From Vitrella brassicaformis CCMP3155 (Eukaryota; Protista; Chromerida), in contig CDMY01000244.1 of NCBI GenBank assembly GCA_001179505.1, positions 62,001-126,000 on the forward strand: 64,000 bases of DNA. Reading direction: 5' to 3'. This document shows, one piece after another, positions 51,301-63,051 of this stretch. Within the stretch, counting starts at the first letter, position 1. Every line of letters starts with the position of its first letter. A program made the position numbers and the translations under genes. Under the pieces are notes generated by a model. The model ran no database searches. It was not told the DNA's origin and was given only the letters and a program-made list of their open reading frames with translations.

Positions 51301-52022
51301 CCTGAGAGGGAGATGGCTCCTCCCAGCAGCAAGCCGGCCGCCGCTCCGTCGTATACGATGCCAGACGAGAGCAAGATAGCCCGGCTGGCAGCGGCCTTGA
51401 GCAAGAGTGGCGGTGACGAGGACGAGGGAGACGAGGAGGAAATCATGGGCCCCTCGCCGTCTCCAACACCGGGTGAGCAAAGCAAGCTGCCCTGCCCATC
51501 CACATGTACTTACTGTGCTGTCGGCAGCCGCATCGCATTGATTGCCATTGGTACTTTATTCCGTGTCAGGCTCCGATGACCCCGCGCCACCTGGTGTGGA
51601 GCAGTCCCGGGCCCGGTCAGCTGCTGGCAAGAGCACCAACACAGGCGGCAGTGGCCCTCCCGCCCCGCCATTCGCCCAGTTCGCAGCCTTGTCCAAGTTG
51701 TTTGCGGAGGGCAAGGTTCCCAAGCTGCCTCCCCCCGTGCCGCCTGCCGTCTTGGCGCAGAGCATCGCCGGCAGCGACGTGGCCAAACAGATCAACGGAC
51801 ACAACCAAAGCAGCACCGACCTACTCAAGGTGAAGGGCTTGGGGGTGGGCAGGGCAGCCATGGAACGAACACTGTTGGCGTGAGTAGGTGGTGGAGATGG
51901 ATCTCGGGTGTGGAGAGTTTGTGTGTGTGTGTGTGTGTGCGTGCCTTCAGTTGTTGAAGATCGCGAAGCTGCTGCCACCGCAGGGCGGGACCGGCGGGGG
52001 AGCCAGCAGCAAGACTGGATGA
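48378..52022 (+). CDS. Large low-complexity nuclear-type protein (K/E-rich, RS/RD dipeptide-rich, poly-Pro/Gln), multi-exon
   Basis: In-phase exons with RDRDRSKSRDRDRYDRRYSRSPRRERSR, K-rich NLS-like runs and poly-P. Stop TGA at 52020-52022. No confident catalytic domain. Confidence 0.6.
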
Positions 52023-52522
52023 GCCAATCCAATCACTCTGTCAGCCGACACACAAAGGACCGACTGTGTAGACAGACGGGGCGGCTAGCCGGCCGTGCCG
52101 TCACACACATTTTCGCATCCATCATGACTGAATGGGGCCGGTGTGGTGTGCGTCCATTCTCGCACGGGTTTTCTGGGTCGGTCGGTTGATTGGTCTGTCT
52201 GTCTGATGGTGTGGCCGATGGGCGGATTGGAGTGACCGTAGGTACGATGAGTGTGTCTATTTGCCCAGCGAGCGAGGCTTTTAACAGACCAGCCTGACCG
52301 TGACTGTGTCCATGAGTGCTGCGCAGTTGTGCAACCAAGCAGAACACTCACTGTCTTGGGAGAGGCATGTCACCTCGTAGCTCGCACGAGAAGCAGAAAA
52401 GAGGAATGGCAGGCGAAGAAACAGCTTTGTAGCCTACAGAGTTTGTTGGACATTTCTTTCTTCGCCGCGTTTCCGTCCATTCCCTCCCCTCCCCCTCTGG
52501 TGGGCCACAGCAGTCGGTGGCG

Positions 52523-54309
52523 ATGGCTGATCTGGAGCTGGAGGACGCGTTACGTGCCAAGAAGCGGCTGGAGGACAAGTCCAAGCCACTGGATACCGCT
52601 GATCTGCTGGCGGTGCTGCGTCAGCTGGAGAAGATCAACATGACCCTCGCCACCCTCCGGACCACAAAGATAGGCAAGACGGTCAATGCACTCAAGCAGC
52701 ACCATGACCCGGACGTCAAACGACTCAGCGCCAAGCTGGTCGTCGCCTGGAAGAAAGTCGCTGACGCAGGTGGGGTGGCTGGCTGGGAGGGACAGTCAGT
52801 GACAATCAGCCAGTCGCGTAGCGTGTGCGCCTTCGCTCCAGCCATGTGTCTGCCATGTTTGTGTTGGTTGGTTGCTTGGTTGGTTGTTCACTCAGGCAAG
52901 AGCAGCGGCGCGAGTGCAGTAGCTAAGGGTGCCGCGAGTGCAGTAGCAGTAGCTGCTGCTGCTGGTGGTGGCCCGGCCCTCTCGCCTTCGGGTCTGTCGG
53001 ATTCCTCTCCGTCGCCCAACCACCAGCCTCTCCCCAATGGGGTCCCCGTTCCCCCCAGGCAGCCCGACCGGCAGCGGAGCCAGCCCAGCTCAGCATCGAG
53101 CGGCGGCATCGGCGACGCCTTCAACGAGTACCCTGGCGAGCGGTGCGGACAGCACGACAGGGACAAGGTGAGTGAGCAAGTCGACACAGACATACGAGAC
53201 GCCCAGAAAGCATCGAGTGTCTGTGTGAGTTGGCGTGCAGGCGCGCGCCAAGTTGTGGAAGGCGTTGTGGGAGGGCTGTCCTGAGCACGTCAGAAGTGGC
53301 ACACGCGAAGAGGCCGCACAAGTAGCCGGTAACTAAGGCAACCAATGGACAGAGAGATTGGACGGCGGGAGGCTTCGGTTCCCCCCCCCACCCTCCCGCT
53401 GCATGTGTGTCTGTGTCTGTGTCTGTGTGTGTGACTGCCAACAGCGTCCATCGAGCGGTGTGTGTATGAGCGCTTTTTCCAGTGCCAGGAGATCGAGCGG
53501 CTGCAGCAGGAGCTCAGTGCCATGCAGCAGCTGCACGCCAATGCCATCGCACCCAATCCCAAACACGACGAGCTCATGCGCAAACTCGACAGCCATCGCG
53601 AGGAGGCCGCCAGGGCACAGAAGCCATACCTCAACCAACTCAAAGTCATCAAGTACGCCATGCCACCACCCACACACACGCAGAGGGAGGGAGGGATGCA
53701 TCACTCACAAGTTGTGAGTTTTCTTCATTCAGCTTCAACTTTGCTGACGTCAAGAACTTCGAGTTGAATGCGCGTGTCTTGTACGGCGACATCACGCCCG
53801 AGAAGCTGGCCAGGATGTCATCGCAGGACATGGCTTCTAACGACAAAAAGGCCGAACGGGACAAACACAGACAGGTCAACTGAAATAAATGGATGCAAAC
53901 CACACACCAAACCAAACCACCACACCACCTATGTGTGTGTGTGTGTGACTTTCAGGAGGCGGCCGAGGCGGCTGAGAGCGACTGGCACATGCGGAACCTG
54001 GTGCAGGCGAGCGGGACGTTCCAGTGCTTCAAGTGCAAGAAGCGACGGACCACCTTCTTCCAGCTGCAGACACGATCCTCTGACGAACCCATGACCACGT
54101 AAGTAAACCACACACACCATCCATACCATACATGTACCCGCGCTCACTCCCGAGCAGCTAGGATAGCTGCTCTGCCGAGCAGCTAGGATAGCTGCTCGGG
54201 CTGCATTGCATTGCATTGCCGTTGCTTAAGCTATCTGTGTGTCGTGGTGTGTTGCGTGTGTGGCAGTTTTGTGACGTGCCTCGAGTGCAGCAATCGGTGG
54301 AAGTTCTAA
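52523..54309 (+). CDS. TFIIS: Transcription elongation factor TFIIS (S-II)
   Basis: N-terminal domain LRQLEKINMTLATLRTTKIGKTVNALK...LVVAWK, domain II ITPEKLARMSSQDMAS, and Zn ribbon FQCFKCKKRRTTFFQLQTRSSDEPMTT|FVTCLECSNRWKF with the DE hairpin. TAA at 54307-54309. Confidence 0.95.
54149..54200. repeat. Tandem pair of perfect hairpins in the last TFIIS intron
   Basis: gagcagcta-gga-tagctgctc at 54152-54172 and 54177-54197, enclosed by ccc...ggg. Confidence 0.85.
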
Positions 54310-54878
54310 TTACACTTTCGCGACACGGCCAGACAGACAGACAGACACAGAAAGTGGAGACCGACAGCGTGGCCATTAGAGGGGGAGGGGGCGATTGGGG
54401 AAGGGGAGAGAAGACAGACCAGCAAGCAGGGCCTTTCTGCCCTGTGCTTGCAATGAGTGGATGCATCCATTGGTTGTGTCCAGTCCGGGGGGGTGCGGAA
54501 TGTGGCCGGCCGGCTGGCTGCTGGCATGCATGGTGGCAGGGGGCGGTGTGTCTGTCTGTCTGTCTGTATCCCTCCCTGTGTGTCTCTTCCTGCCTCAGAT
54601 GGCTGACTGACGGACGGACTAACAGGGAGGGAGGGACCCCTGCGTTGTTGCAGTGGTTGGTTGACTGGCATGCATTGCATTGCATGTCTTGCATGATGAA
54701 CATCTCAGAATGCCTCACTCACACGATACGATGGATGGCCATATGGCCATTCATTCATATGTGCTGTAATGTATCTAACCCATCGACGTGTCCAGATGGA
54801 CGAGTCGCGTCCGCACACCCTCACTCACCGTGTCAATTACGACACTACAGCACACCACAGCACACCACACTGCCTACC

Positions 54879-57800
54879 CTACCCCCCAGCCGCTGGCCCC
54901 CCTGCAGGCTCGCCACCCCCCTGCCCACCCCCGCCACTCCTCATGCGGCTCTCCATCTCACTGGATGCGAACGCCGCCACGCTGGCGTCACACTCGGTGA
55001 TGAGACAGTTGGGCCAGCGAGTCTGCAGCGCCGCCTCGAGCGTCACCTCGTACCGGTCGCCCTGTGCGAAGGTCTGGTCGATGTCACTCAACTCTACCAG
55101 AAACCGATGGAGAGACGGACCTGCAGGGCAGGTGGAAACATACACGGGAAGGAGGAGGACGATAGATAGGTCAGGAATGTGAGTGGGCGGCGTGGGTGTG
55201 TCCATGTAGGCAGGTACCCTACCTGGTGGGTCTTGTCCGTCGAAGTGATAGAGTGTCATCTTGCGGGGCGGAACGGCGTCGCTGACAGCAGACGCGCCGC
55301 CAGCTGAGGTCACACACACAGGGAAAAAACGGCATCCATGCCGTCTGGTAGCATGTTGTAGTGTAGTGTAGTGTCTTGTAGTGTGTGGGAGTGCACTGGC
55401 TGACCTTGTTGTGCCCTCTCCATGACGCGTTTGGTTCGGAAGAACTCCAGGAAGTCATGCCACAGAATGATGCTGCCGTCCTGCACCCACCGCACCCACA
55501 ACCGTATACATACATGGACACAATCAACAAATATTCATGGTGAGGTGGGGTGTCCCGCCCCGTCGTCCCCTCCATCCATCCATCTCGACATCCACCTGTG
55601 TGTTTTGGACTACGTGCTTCTTGGCCTCCTCGAAGTGCTGCACCAGATCTGACAGACACGACACACCAACACCCACCGGACAGACAGGACATCTCTCTCA
55701 ACCCACATCATGATACATACAATTAACACACCCATGCTATGCCCTGCCCTGCCCTGCCCACCCCACATCACATCCAGGCCTTCTGTACTTACTTGCAGCG
55801 GTGAGAAGTGCGAAGAGGTTGTCGCTCTTGACGAACCCAAACTGCTCGGGGTCGAACTGACGAAACGCCTGAGTCGCATCCTGATCGACACACACCACAC
55901 CACACCACACGACACGACACACGCGGATGGGCGGGGTGCGTGACACTCATCTCATCTGACTACACATGCATGGTGAGGTGAGAGTGAGGTCCCTCCCTGG
56001 CTGGCCTGGCCCACCCACGTTTTGCATCTTGACGTTTGGCGGTAGCTTTGAGACGGTCGGGTCGAGTGAGAAGAGGGTGGTGTAGTGGTTGGGGGAGCCC
56101 AGCACCCACAGGGGGTGGATGGGGTGCTTGTAGTGCACACCCACCTCCAGGTAACGCATCGCCTCCACCTCACTCAGGTAACCAACCAACGGCTCGCGAT
56201 CCACACCCCTGCAGAGGGAGGGGCATGTGACGTATGCATTGCACACACTCAGGCCGGGCCGTGTGCTCTGTGCTGCGTGACGGTGGTCTGTCTGTGTGGT
56301 TTGTTTACTTGAGGAGCATGCCGGTGCTGGGATCGTCCCCCAGGAACTTCTGGCCATCGAAGCAGTTGGAAGTGGCCTTGCCGATCAGCAACAAATTCAC
56401 CAGCTCCTGCAGACAGACAGACAGACAGACAGACAGAAGGCCCAGAAGGCCCGTCAAATCTCCCAAGTCCGTGTCTGTCTGTCCTTGTAACCACCCCCCC
56501 ACCTGTGAGCAGTGTCCGAATCTGCCGACCAGCGGGACTGTCGCATCGTCCATGTCACCCTTTACCTGACGCATCAATCAATCATGTGACGGGAGGCAGA
56601 TGTGCCAGGGTGGATGGATTCTCTTGTTTGCCGTTGTTGCGCATGTATGTTGTGTTGTGTTGTGTTGTGTTCATTTCACCTCCTCTATGGTCCTGGTGAG
56701 AACGAGTGATAGCACCAGTGCCAGCACTGAGGGGGCGGGGCGCAGCAGGGTGTCCTGATGCTTGTGGTAGAAGGCCATCACATCCTGAACCCTCGTAAAG
56801 GAGGCTACCCTGCAGGCAATCACAGCACAGCACAGAGATGAACCAGAACGAATGTGGACGTCCACACATGGACAGTACGGAGCGAAGAAAGCCCTGTTGT
56901 ATTGTGTTGTGTGATCTACCTACCATGCCTTTGCGCCAGCCATGATGATGGACACGTCAAGCTGGTCGCTCCCGCCGCCCTCTCTCGAAGCCGCCACCAT
57001 CTGATATCCATGACACACACACACCGTCACACAGAGGCACCGATACGTCCGTCCGTCGCCCTGCTCACCGCCTGCATTTGTTCCGTGTCTTGGCCTTTGG
57101 GGCCCTGCAGCATGACCACCCTGTAGGCGCTCTTGGACGTGGCCTGGTAGATGAGCTGCGCGATGGCCTCGATCAGGTGACCCCACCTGTCGCTCTCGAG
57201 CCGCGGGTGGCTCGACAAACTGATGGGGTGGTCGCTGCTCGCATCGCCTGATGCTGCTGCTGCTGCTGCTGCTGCTGACGATGGTGGCTGGTGCTGCTGG
57301 CCGTGGCTAAACAGGATCTGCTTGAGTATGAAGCACTGCAGAGGTGCGAGTACGCCACATGGGCCGCCCTGCTTCTGCTTGAGTCCCCACAGAGTCCGCT
57401 CCTCACTGCTGAACTCCAAACCCTGACCCAGCCTGTAGACACAGACAGACAGACACGTACAAACAAATGGCCGCCAGGCGTATGTCAGGTATGTGCCTCT
57501 TGGTGCATACGTACGTAAGGTACATACATACCATCTGATGACGTCGTCGAGCTGTGGGTTGTTGGCTCCCTCCCCAAGGACCACCTTCATGACCTCCACC
57601 AGCTGTTGGTCCGTCAGCCTCTCCATCCCCTCAGGCACCTCACCGGTGGCAGCCGACCCCGCCCTCCCTCGGTCATCCTGGGCGCTATCGGTCGTCTTGG
57701 CCCGCTTCACAGCCGCACCGGCATCGTCCTCTGAGCCGCCCCTGGCCTGCTCAACCACCTGCTGGAAGGGCACCAGGGTGTCGTCAGGGGACTTGTCGGT

Positions 57801-58289
57801 CAAAGATGGCTGCTGCTGTGACCCAGTGGCACTCGCAAGAATGGCGTCGAAGTTGATGTCCGTCGGGGCTGCTGGCTGGGCGGATGACGATGGCTGGCTG
57901 GCCTGCTGCTGCTGTGGTGGCTGAGGTGCGCCTGGTGGGGCGGCCTTGGAGGAGGACTCTGACTCAGCTGCACACACAACACACGGGGGAGAGGAACAGG
58001 GTCGCGAGTGAAGGTCGTTGGTCGGCAAGAGATCTCATATCGCGGTTGTATGTATCACAATGGCTGACCTGTTTGTAGTGAGAGCTGTATTGCCCGCTGC
58101 AGCATCTCATCTTCCGTGCCCTGCTGCTCGACCACCTGCCTGATTTATGAGAAAGAAAAACACAAAACGGCAAGTGGTGAGTGACACCGGCTCTCTTCCC
58201 CTTGTCATTATGTCGACTGCTTACTGCTGGTTGGCCTCCTGCAGTGACAGCCGAATGGCGCGTTCGAGCTCAGCATCCTCGTCGTTCAT
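54879..58289 (-). CDS. MINDY-3 (FAM188A)-like Lys48 deubiquitinase with an EF-hand-like insert and two N-terminal UIMs
   Basis: Catalytic Cys motif WGLKQKQGGPCGVLAPLQ, ELVNLLLIGKATSNCFDG, catalytic His motif PLWVLGSPNHYT, FRQFDPEQFGFV, LYHFDG, LQTRWP. UIM-like MNDEDAELERAIRLSLQE and TEDEMLQRAIQLSLQT. Confidence 0.88.
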
Positions 58290-58548
58290 CCTCGGAAGTA
58301 GTCGACGACACGCCTCAACGCCGAAAGATCTCCAACGCTTTGGCTAAGGAGGGGAGAAGAAGGTCGCAAGAAGCGAGCTCAAAAGTGCGAGCTTCAAGCG
58401 ACAGATCTGCCTCGGATGGCCACGTGCGATGGCATCTGTGTTGTGTGTAGTCAAGGCTGCCTACGCAGCACTGATCCTTTGTTTTGAGATCTCTTGCACA
58501 ACAGGCCTGCCGCACCATCGCATCTCGTTCATCCTCCCCCGGCCCGCT

Positions 58549-60182
58549 ATGACGCGCTGTCAACCGCTAGCTGCAGAACCATCATCGTCGGCGACGCTGC
58601 CCGCCCCGCCGGCCCCGCCGTCGACAGCCGTTGATGAGGACAGCGAGGCGAGAATGAAAGACTACCTCGAGCAGATAGACCACTATGCGCACTTCTACTC
58701 ACGTAAGTAAGCTAAGCGGCCAGTCAGTCAGCTCGATAGATGGGATGGGATGTGTGTGCATTTATGGAGTATGTATGTATGTATGCAAGGAAGGCAAGCA
58801 TGGCATCGAATGGCTGGTTAAGTCATGTGTCACACTGTGTGTGTGCTGATATCTATCAGCGTATGACAGCCCCGACTACAACATCATTCCCAACCCGATG
58901 ATGAGTGCCCCGGTGGGGACCAGCCCACGGCTGATACTCATCAGGCACGGCAGATCCACCTGGAACGTCCAGGTTAGCCAACCAGAGGGAGATGATCTAC
59001 ACAATCCAATCACATGCGCAATAAATCCCTATTTGCGGTGCGGTGCTGCAGGGCCGCACACAGGTCAGGTCAAGCAGTAGTGCTGTGCTCGGGGCGTGCC
59101 CCTGAAGTGGTGAGTGACATGTTTTGTTTGCAGGGCTGGGCGGATCCCCCTTTGCATGACACAGGCCACACCGACGCACGCCGCAGTGCACTCAAGCTGC
59201 TCAAGCTGAGACCAATGGTCGAAACGGATGTCATCTTCTGCTCTACACAGGTAAAAACCTAATGCACACGCAAATTCCCCAAAGTCGGTTCTCACTGCCT
59301 TGTCGGTCTGTTCGTCCGTGTCGCCTTCCCAGATGCGTGCACGGCAGACGACTGAGTACGTGATGGAGGTGCTGCGGACTCAACGGAGAGTCGAGTACGG
59401 AGAGGACGCCGTCGACTTCCCACTCGTATGCCGCACTGATGCAAAGCTGCCACATCTTGCTTCTTCTCTTCTCTCTCTCTCTCTCTCTCTCTCTTTCACT
59501 CCGATCTCTCAGCGTGTCAAGTACGACAACCGTCTGCGCGAGCGTCACTACGGTGCCTTCTCCGGCCACCTGAAGTCTGACAATGTGGAGCGATTCGGCG
59601 CGGAGTTGCTCGAGGAATGCCGCAAGGGCGCATTCGCCAAACCGCCATACGGTCGGTGAAGGAGACGTCACAGGGGTTCACGAATGAGACGACGCACTAT
59701 GTCTGTGCAGGTGGCGAGCCATTTGTGCCGAATGGCCACGAGAGTCTGAAGGATGTGCAAGACCGAGTGTCGCCTATGTGGAACGATGAGTTCCGTGCGC
59801 GGCTCGAGAGGGGCGAGGACGTTGTGGTGGTGGCGCACAACAACCTCATCCGCGCCCTCATGACCTTTGTCGACCCCGAAGTGAAACTTGACAACATCTA
59901 CAGGGTAAATGCAACGAACAGAGAAGAAAGTCTGTCTGTCTATCGGTCGCGTACCTCTCTCCCTCTCTCCCTGGTTGGGTTGTCTGTCTGGCTGGGTGTC
60001 TGCAGGTTCCTGCGCCCAAGCAGGACACCCCGTTGGTGTTTTTCCCCGCCGGGTGTCACGACCCCGAGAAGTGTGGGATCCTCGAGATGGTTGACCTAGA
60101 GAGGGAGCACTACCTGTCGTTCGTTCATGAGAAGAAGGACGTCGATGAGAAACAGATCTGGCTCGATGTGCCCTACGACTGA
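58549..60182 (+). CDS. Histidine-phosphatase superfamily, cofactor-dependent phosphoglycerate-mutase-like protein
   Basis: LILIRHGRSTWN, GWADPPL, RARQT, LRERHYG, ESLKDVQDRV, VVVVAHNNLIRAL. TGA at 60180-60182. Start position uncertain. Confidence 0.85.
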
Positions 60183-60524
60183 CTGACTAGCTTGTGGTCT
60201 GTCTATTCGCCGCTGAGTGCATGTTGTGTGGTGCATAAATCGAATCGGGCAAATGTATGTATGTGTAACTAGGGATGTATACAATGCTCGCCCGATAGAC
60301 AGATCGACAGACAGAGAGTATACTGGGGTGAGGGAGGGGAGGGGATGGATGAGTTTTTGGCATGCTGCATGTCTGTCCGTCTGTGTGTGCCATGCCGTAT
60401 GGGTGAGAGACGGACATTTCTTTCTATCGTATAGGTTATGTACAAGTATGAAGTGACCTCGGTCGGTCCCAAGCATGCTTCATTCAGCACCAGACAACAG
60501 TCGCCCCACTACTCCCCTCCCCCC

Positions 60525-62796
60525 TCACACCACACGAGCACCACTTTTCTTGTTGTGAATTCTCGGCAGCTCATTCCCGCCCTCCGTACCTTCCTTCCCA
60601 GGTGGAATAATGCCCTTCCTCATGCAAGCATTCACCAAGTGCTGCTGTGCCGTCCCGGGCCTCGTCCTTCCAGGCACGCTGGTCCTGTTTGGCCTGGCCT
60701 GCCTGGCCGGCAGCCGATGACACGATGCATACCTTGATGAAGCTGTGCGTGGGGGTGTGGGCAGCCAGTGGATGTGTGACGCCCCAGTAGAGGGCCGGGA
60801 GGGGGGAGGGCCGACGGCTGCGTGGGGCAGCATCTCGAAGGGGACTGGCTGGATGTCACCTGACCGGATGAGGTCCTTGTAGTCTGCCAGCGGGACACAG
60901 CACAGCCGCCCGTTGCATAGTGCGATGGCGAAGGGGTTGGAAGGTCCCGCCTCGGCCTCCTCTCCCGCCGTATCAGGGGATGCCTCCTTCTTCTCCTCGC
61001 CAGCGGCTGGTTCCTCCGTTGCCTGCTCCTTCTCCGGCTGTGTCTCGTCGGCTGTCTTGGGGGCTTCAGCGGGGGCCGCCTGGCTCCTCTTGTCTTCAGC
61101 AGCCTCGCATTCGGTCTTGGTGGCTCCTGTGGCCGTGTCGATCCTGCCACTTTTCCACGCCTCCTCGAAAGACTCATCCAGAGGGTCGACGTCTGGATGC
61201 TCTGGGGGAGACGAAAGCGGAAAGAGACATTCATGCCATGCAAGGGTCGAGGCTAGTGCTTATTTACTTACCCAAGAGCCACTGCAAAGCGGAGGCACGC
61301 GCACAAACGAGGAAAAGAGGAACACACGGGAAAGGATGCATTAGAGAGGAAGCCAGATAGATGGATGGACGGTGTTGGTTACCTACCTTCCAGTCTACGA
61401 GCTGGAATACAGGCTGCGATTTGGCCCGCTCCATTTGCCGCTGGTTGATGTCATCCCACAGCATTTTGTTCCTGAAGGACAAGTTGCCAGCCAACTCAAC
61501 ACCGATTCAGGCATGGGCCTCCCTCCATTGCTCGCCGCCCGACTGGCTCACCTCTGCTCGTTCGGGATTGTCCCTGCCATCACACGAGCTGCAAACAGAC
61601 AGGGGGACCGGCATACGTGTCTGCCGTTTCTTGATGACACTGTGTGTGTGAGATGGATTACCTGAGTTGTCCTTGTGTCGCTCTTTGCCCATGTTGGTCC
61701 TCGGCCGCGGGGTCCATCGGGTGGCAGAGGTGAACTCCTGCATGCACATACGCGCAAATATGTCGGTCTGGTTCTTCAACCAGTCTTACATGCATACCTC
61801 TGTGTAGTGCGGCGTGCCCTCGAATCTCAATCCTGTCGCGCTGGGGATGTATATCGGCCGCATCGACTCACCACTGAACGCCACACACATACAGGGCAGG
61901 CGATGATGCAGCTGACACACGAAGGGGCCTACTGTATGTCTCGCAGAGGGAGGGGCCTGTACGTCTCGTGTGTCTCCGATATGAGCCGCATCAGGTGGGC
62001 GTCGTCACTCACGTGTTTTTCCTGGATCGGCTTATAGGACTCTGCACACACGGCGGATTGACGCAATCCATGCACGGGTGCGTGTCCCCTGCTGACCTGG
62101 TGGTCTGAACGAGACATAGGGTGTGTAGGCAGCGCGATGAGTCGTCCGCTCCTGAAACCGCAAATGGTAGAGTAGACACCCCAGCCAGTCTCCAAAGGCG
62201 CCATCGTCTTTCTGCCGTGGCTTTTTCATTGCACCATGTCGATGGTATGTACTTACATCAAGCTTGTATTTGTCTCTGCGATGCATCGGATTGGACTTGG
62301 GCGGAGCAAAAATCTGTGCCAGCTCCTGCAGCGCCAGTCACCCTCCATCCATCCGATGGTTGACCGCCTGTCTGTGTTCCCTCCCTGTCTGTCTCCCCAG
62401 TTACCTTGTTGACGGCCACGCCATCCAGTGGCAGCTCCGTGTAGTCCATGGCGTACCGACACATATTCCTCGCCCAGAAAGGCGCCACATTCTTGCTGCC
62501 CCTCCACTTCAGTTTGTAGTCATGGATATCCGTGCAGCTCTTGCCCCTGTAGCCGGCCTTAGCGACGGGATCCAGCCCCGGGAACTGGGTGGCGGTGCTG
62601 GTGGTGAAGAACAGCAGTCTCCTCACCTCTGGCGGCAGCTGGGGGAGACGCAACCGCAGTGCAAATGGACAGTGAAATGAAGCAGATGCGGTCGACTGAC
62701 CTTGGAGTGGGATGCAGGAATGAACCCGACCGAACGCAACAGCTCTTCCTTGAGTTGTCGGTTCAGCGGCACCTGCACGCACCTGTGAATCGGCAT
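60525..62796 (-). CDS. Hypothetical multi-exon protein (possibly two genes)
   Basis: In-phase exons MPIHRCVQVPLNRQLK...|LPPEVRRLLFF...CRYAMDYTELPLDGVAVNK|LDVSTY... and an acidic A/E-rich exon at ~61200-60830. Distal exon phases not resolved. Confidence 0.45.
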
Positions 62797-62892
62797 CCTC
62801 TTCTCGCTCCGTTTTGCCTCGGATTCTTACCTTGCCGCTGACGTTTGTCGTGCTTCTGCTTCTTTTCATCTTTCCCCCTGTTGACGTCGGAA

Positions 62893-62921
62893 CCCTTGAC
62901 CCCAACCCTAACCCTAAGCCC
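62893..62921. promoter_or_regulatory. Telo-box-like (CCCTAA) motifs in a divergent intergenic region
   Basis: cccaaccctaaccctaagccc between the ATGs at 62796 (-) and 63052 (+). Confidence 0.4.
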
Positions 62922-63051
62922 CACGCTCGCACAGGGAGCAATCACAATCAATTGACTTACACCTGCATCTGAGCGCCTTCGAATGGCATTGATCTGAGCT
63001 CCGTTTCCAGCGAACCGCAATGGATAGAATTGTGTGACCTTCCGCAACGCA

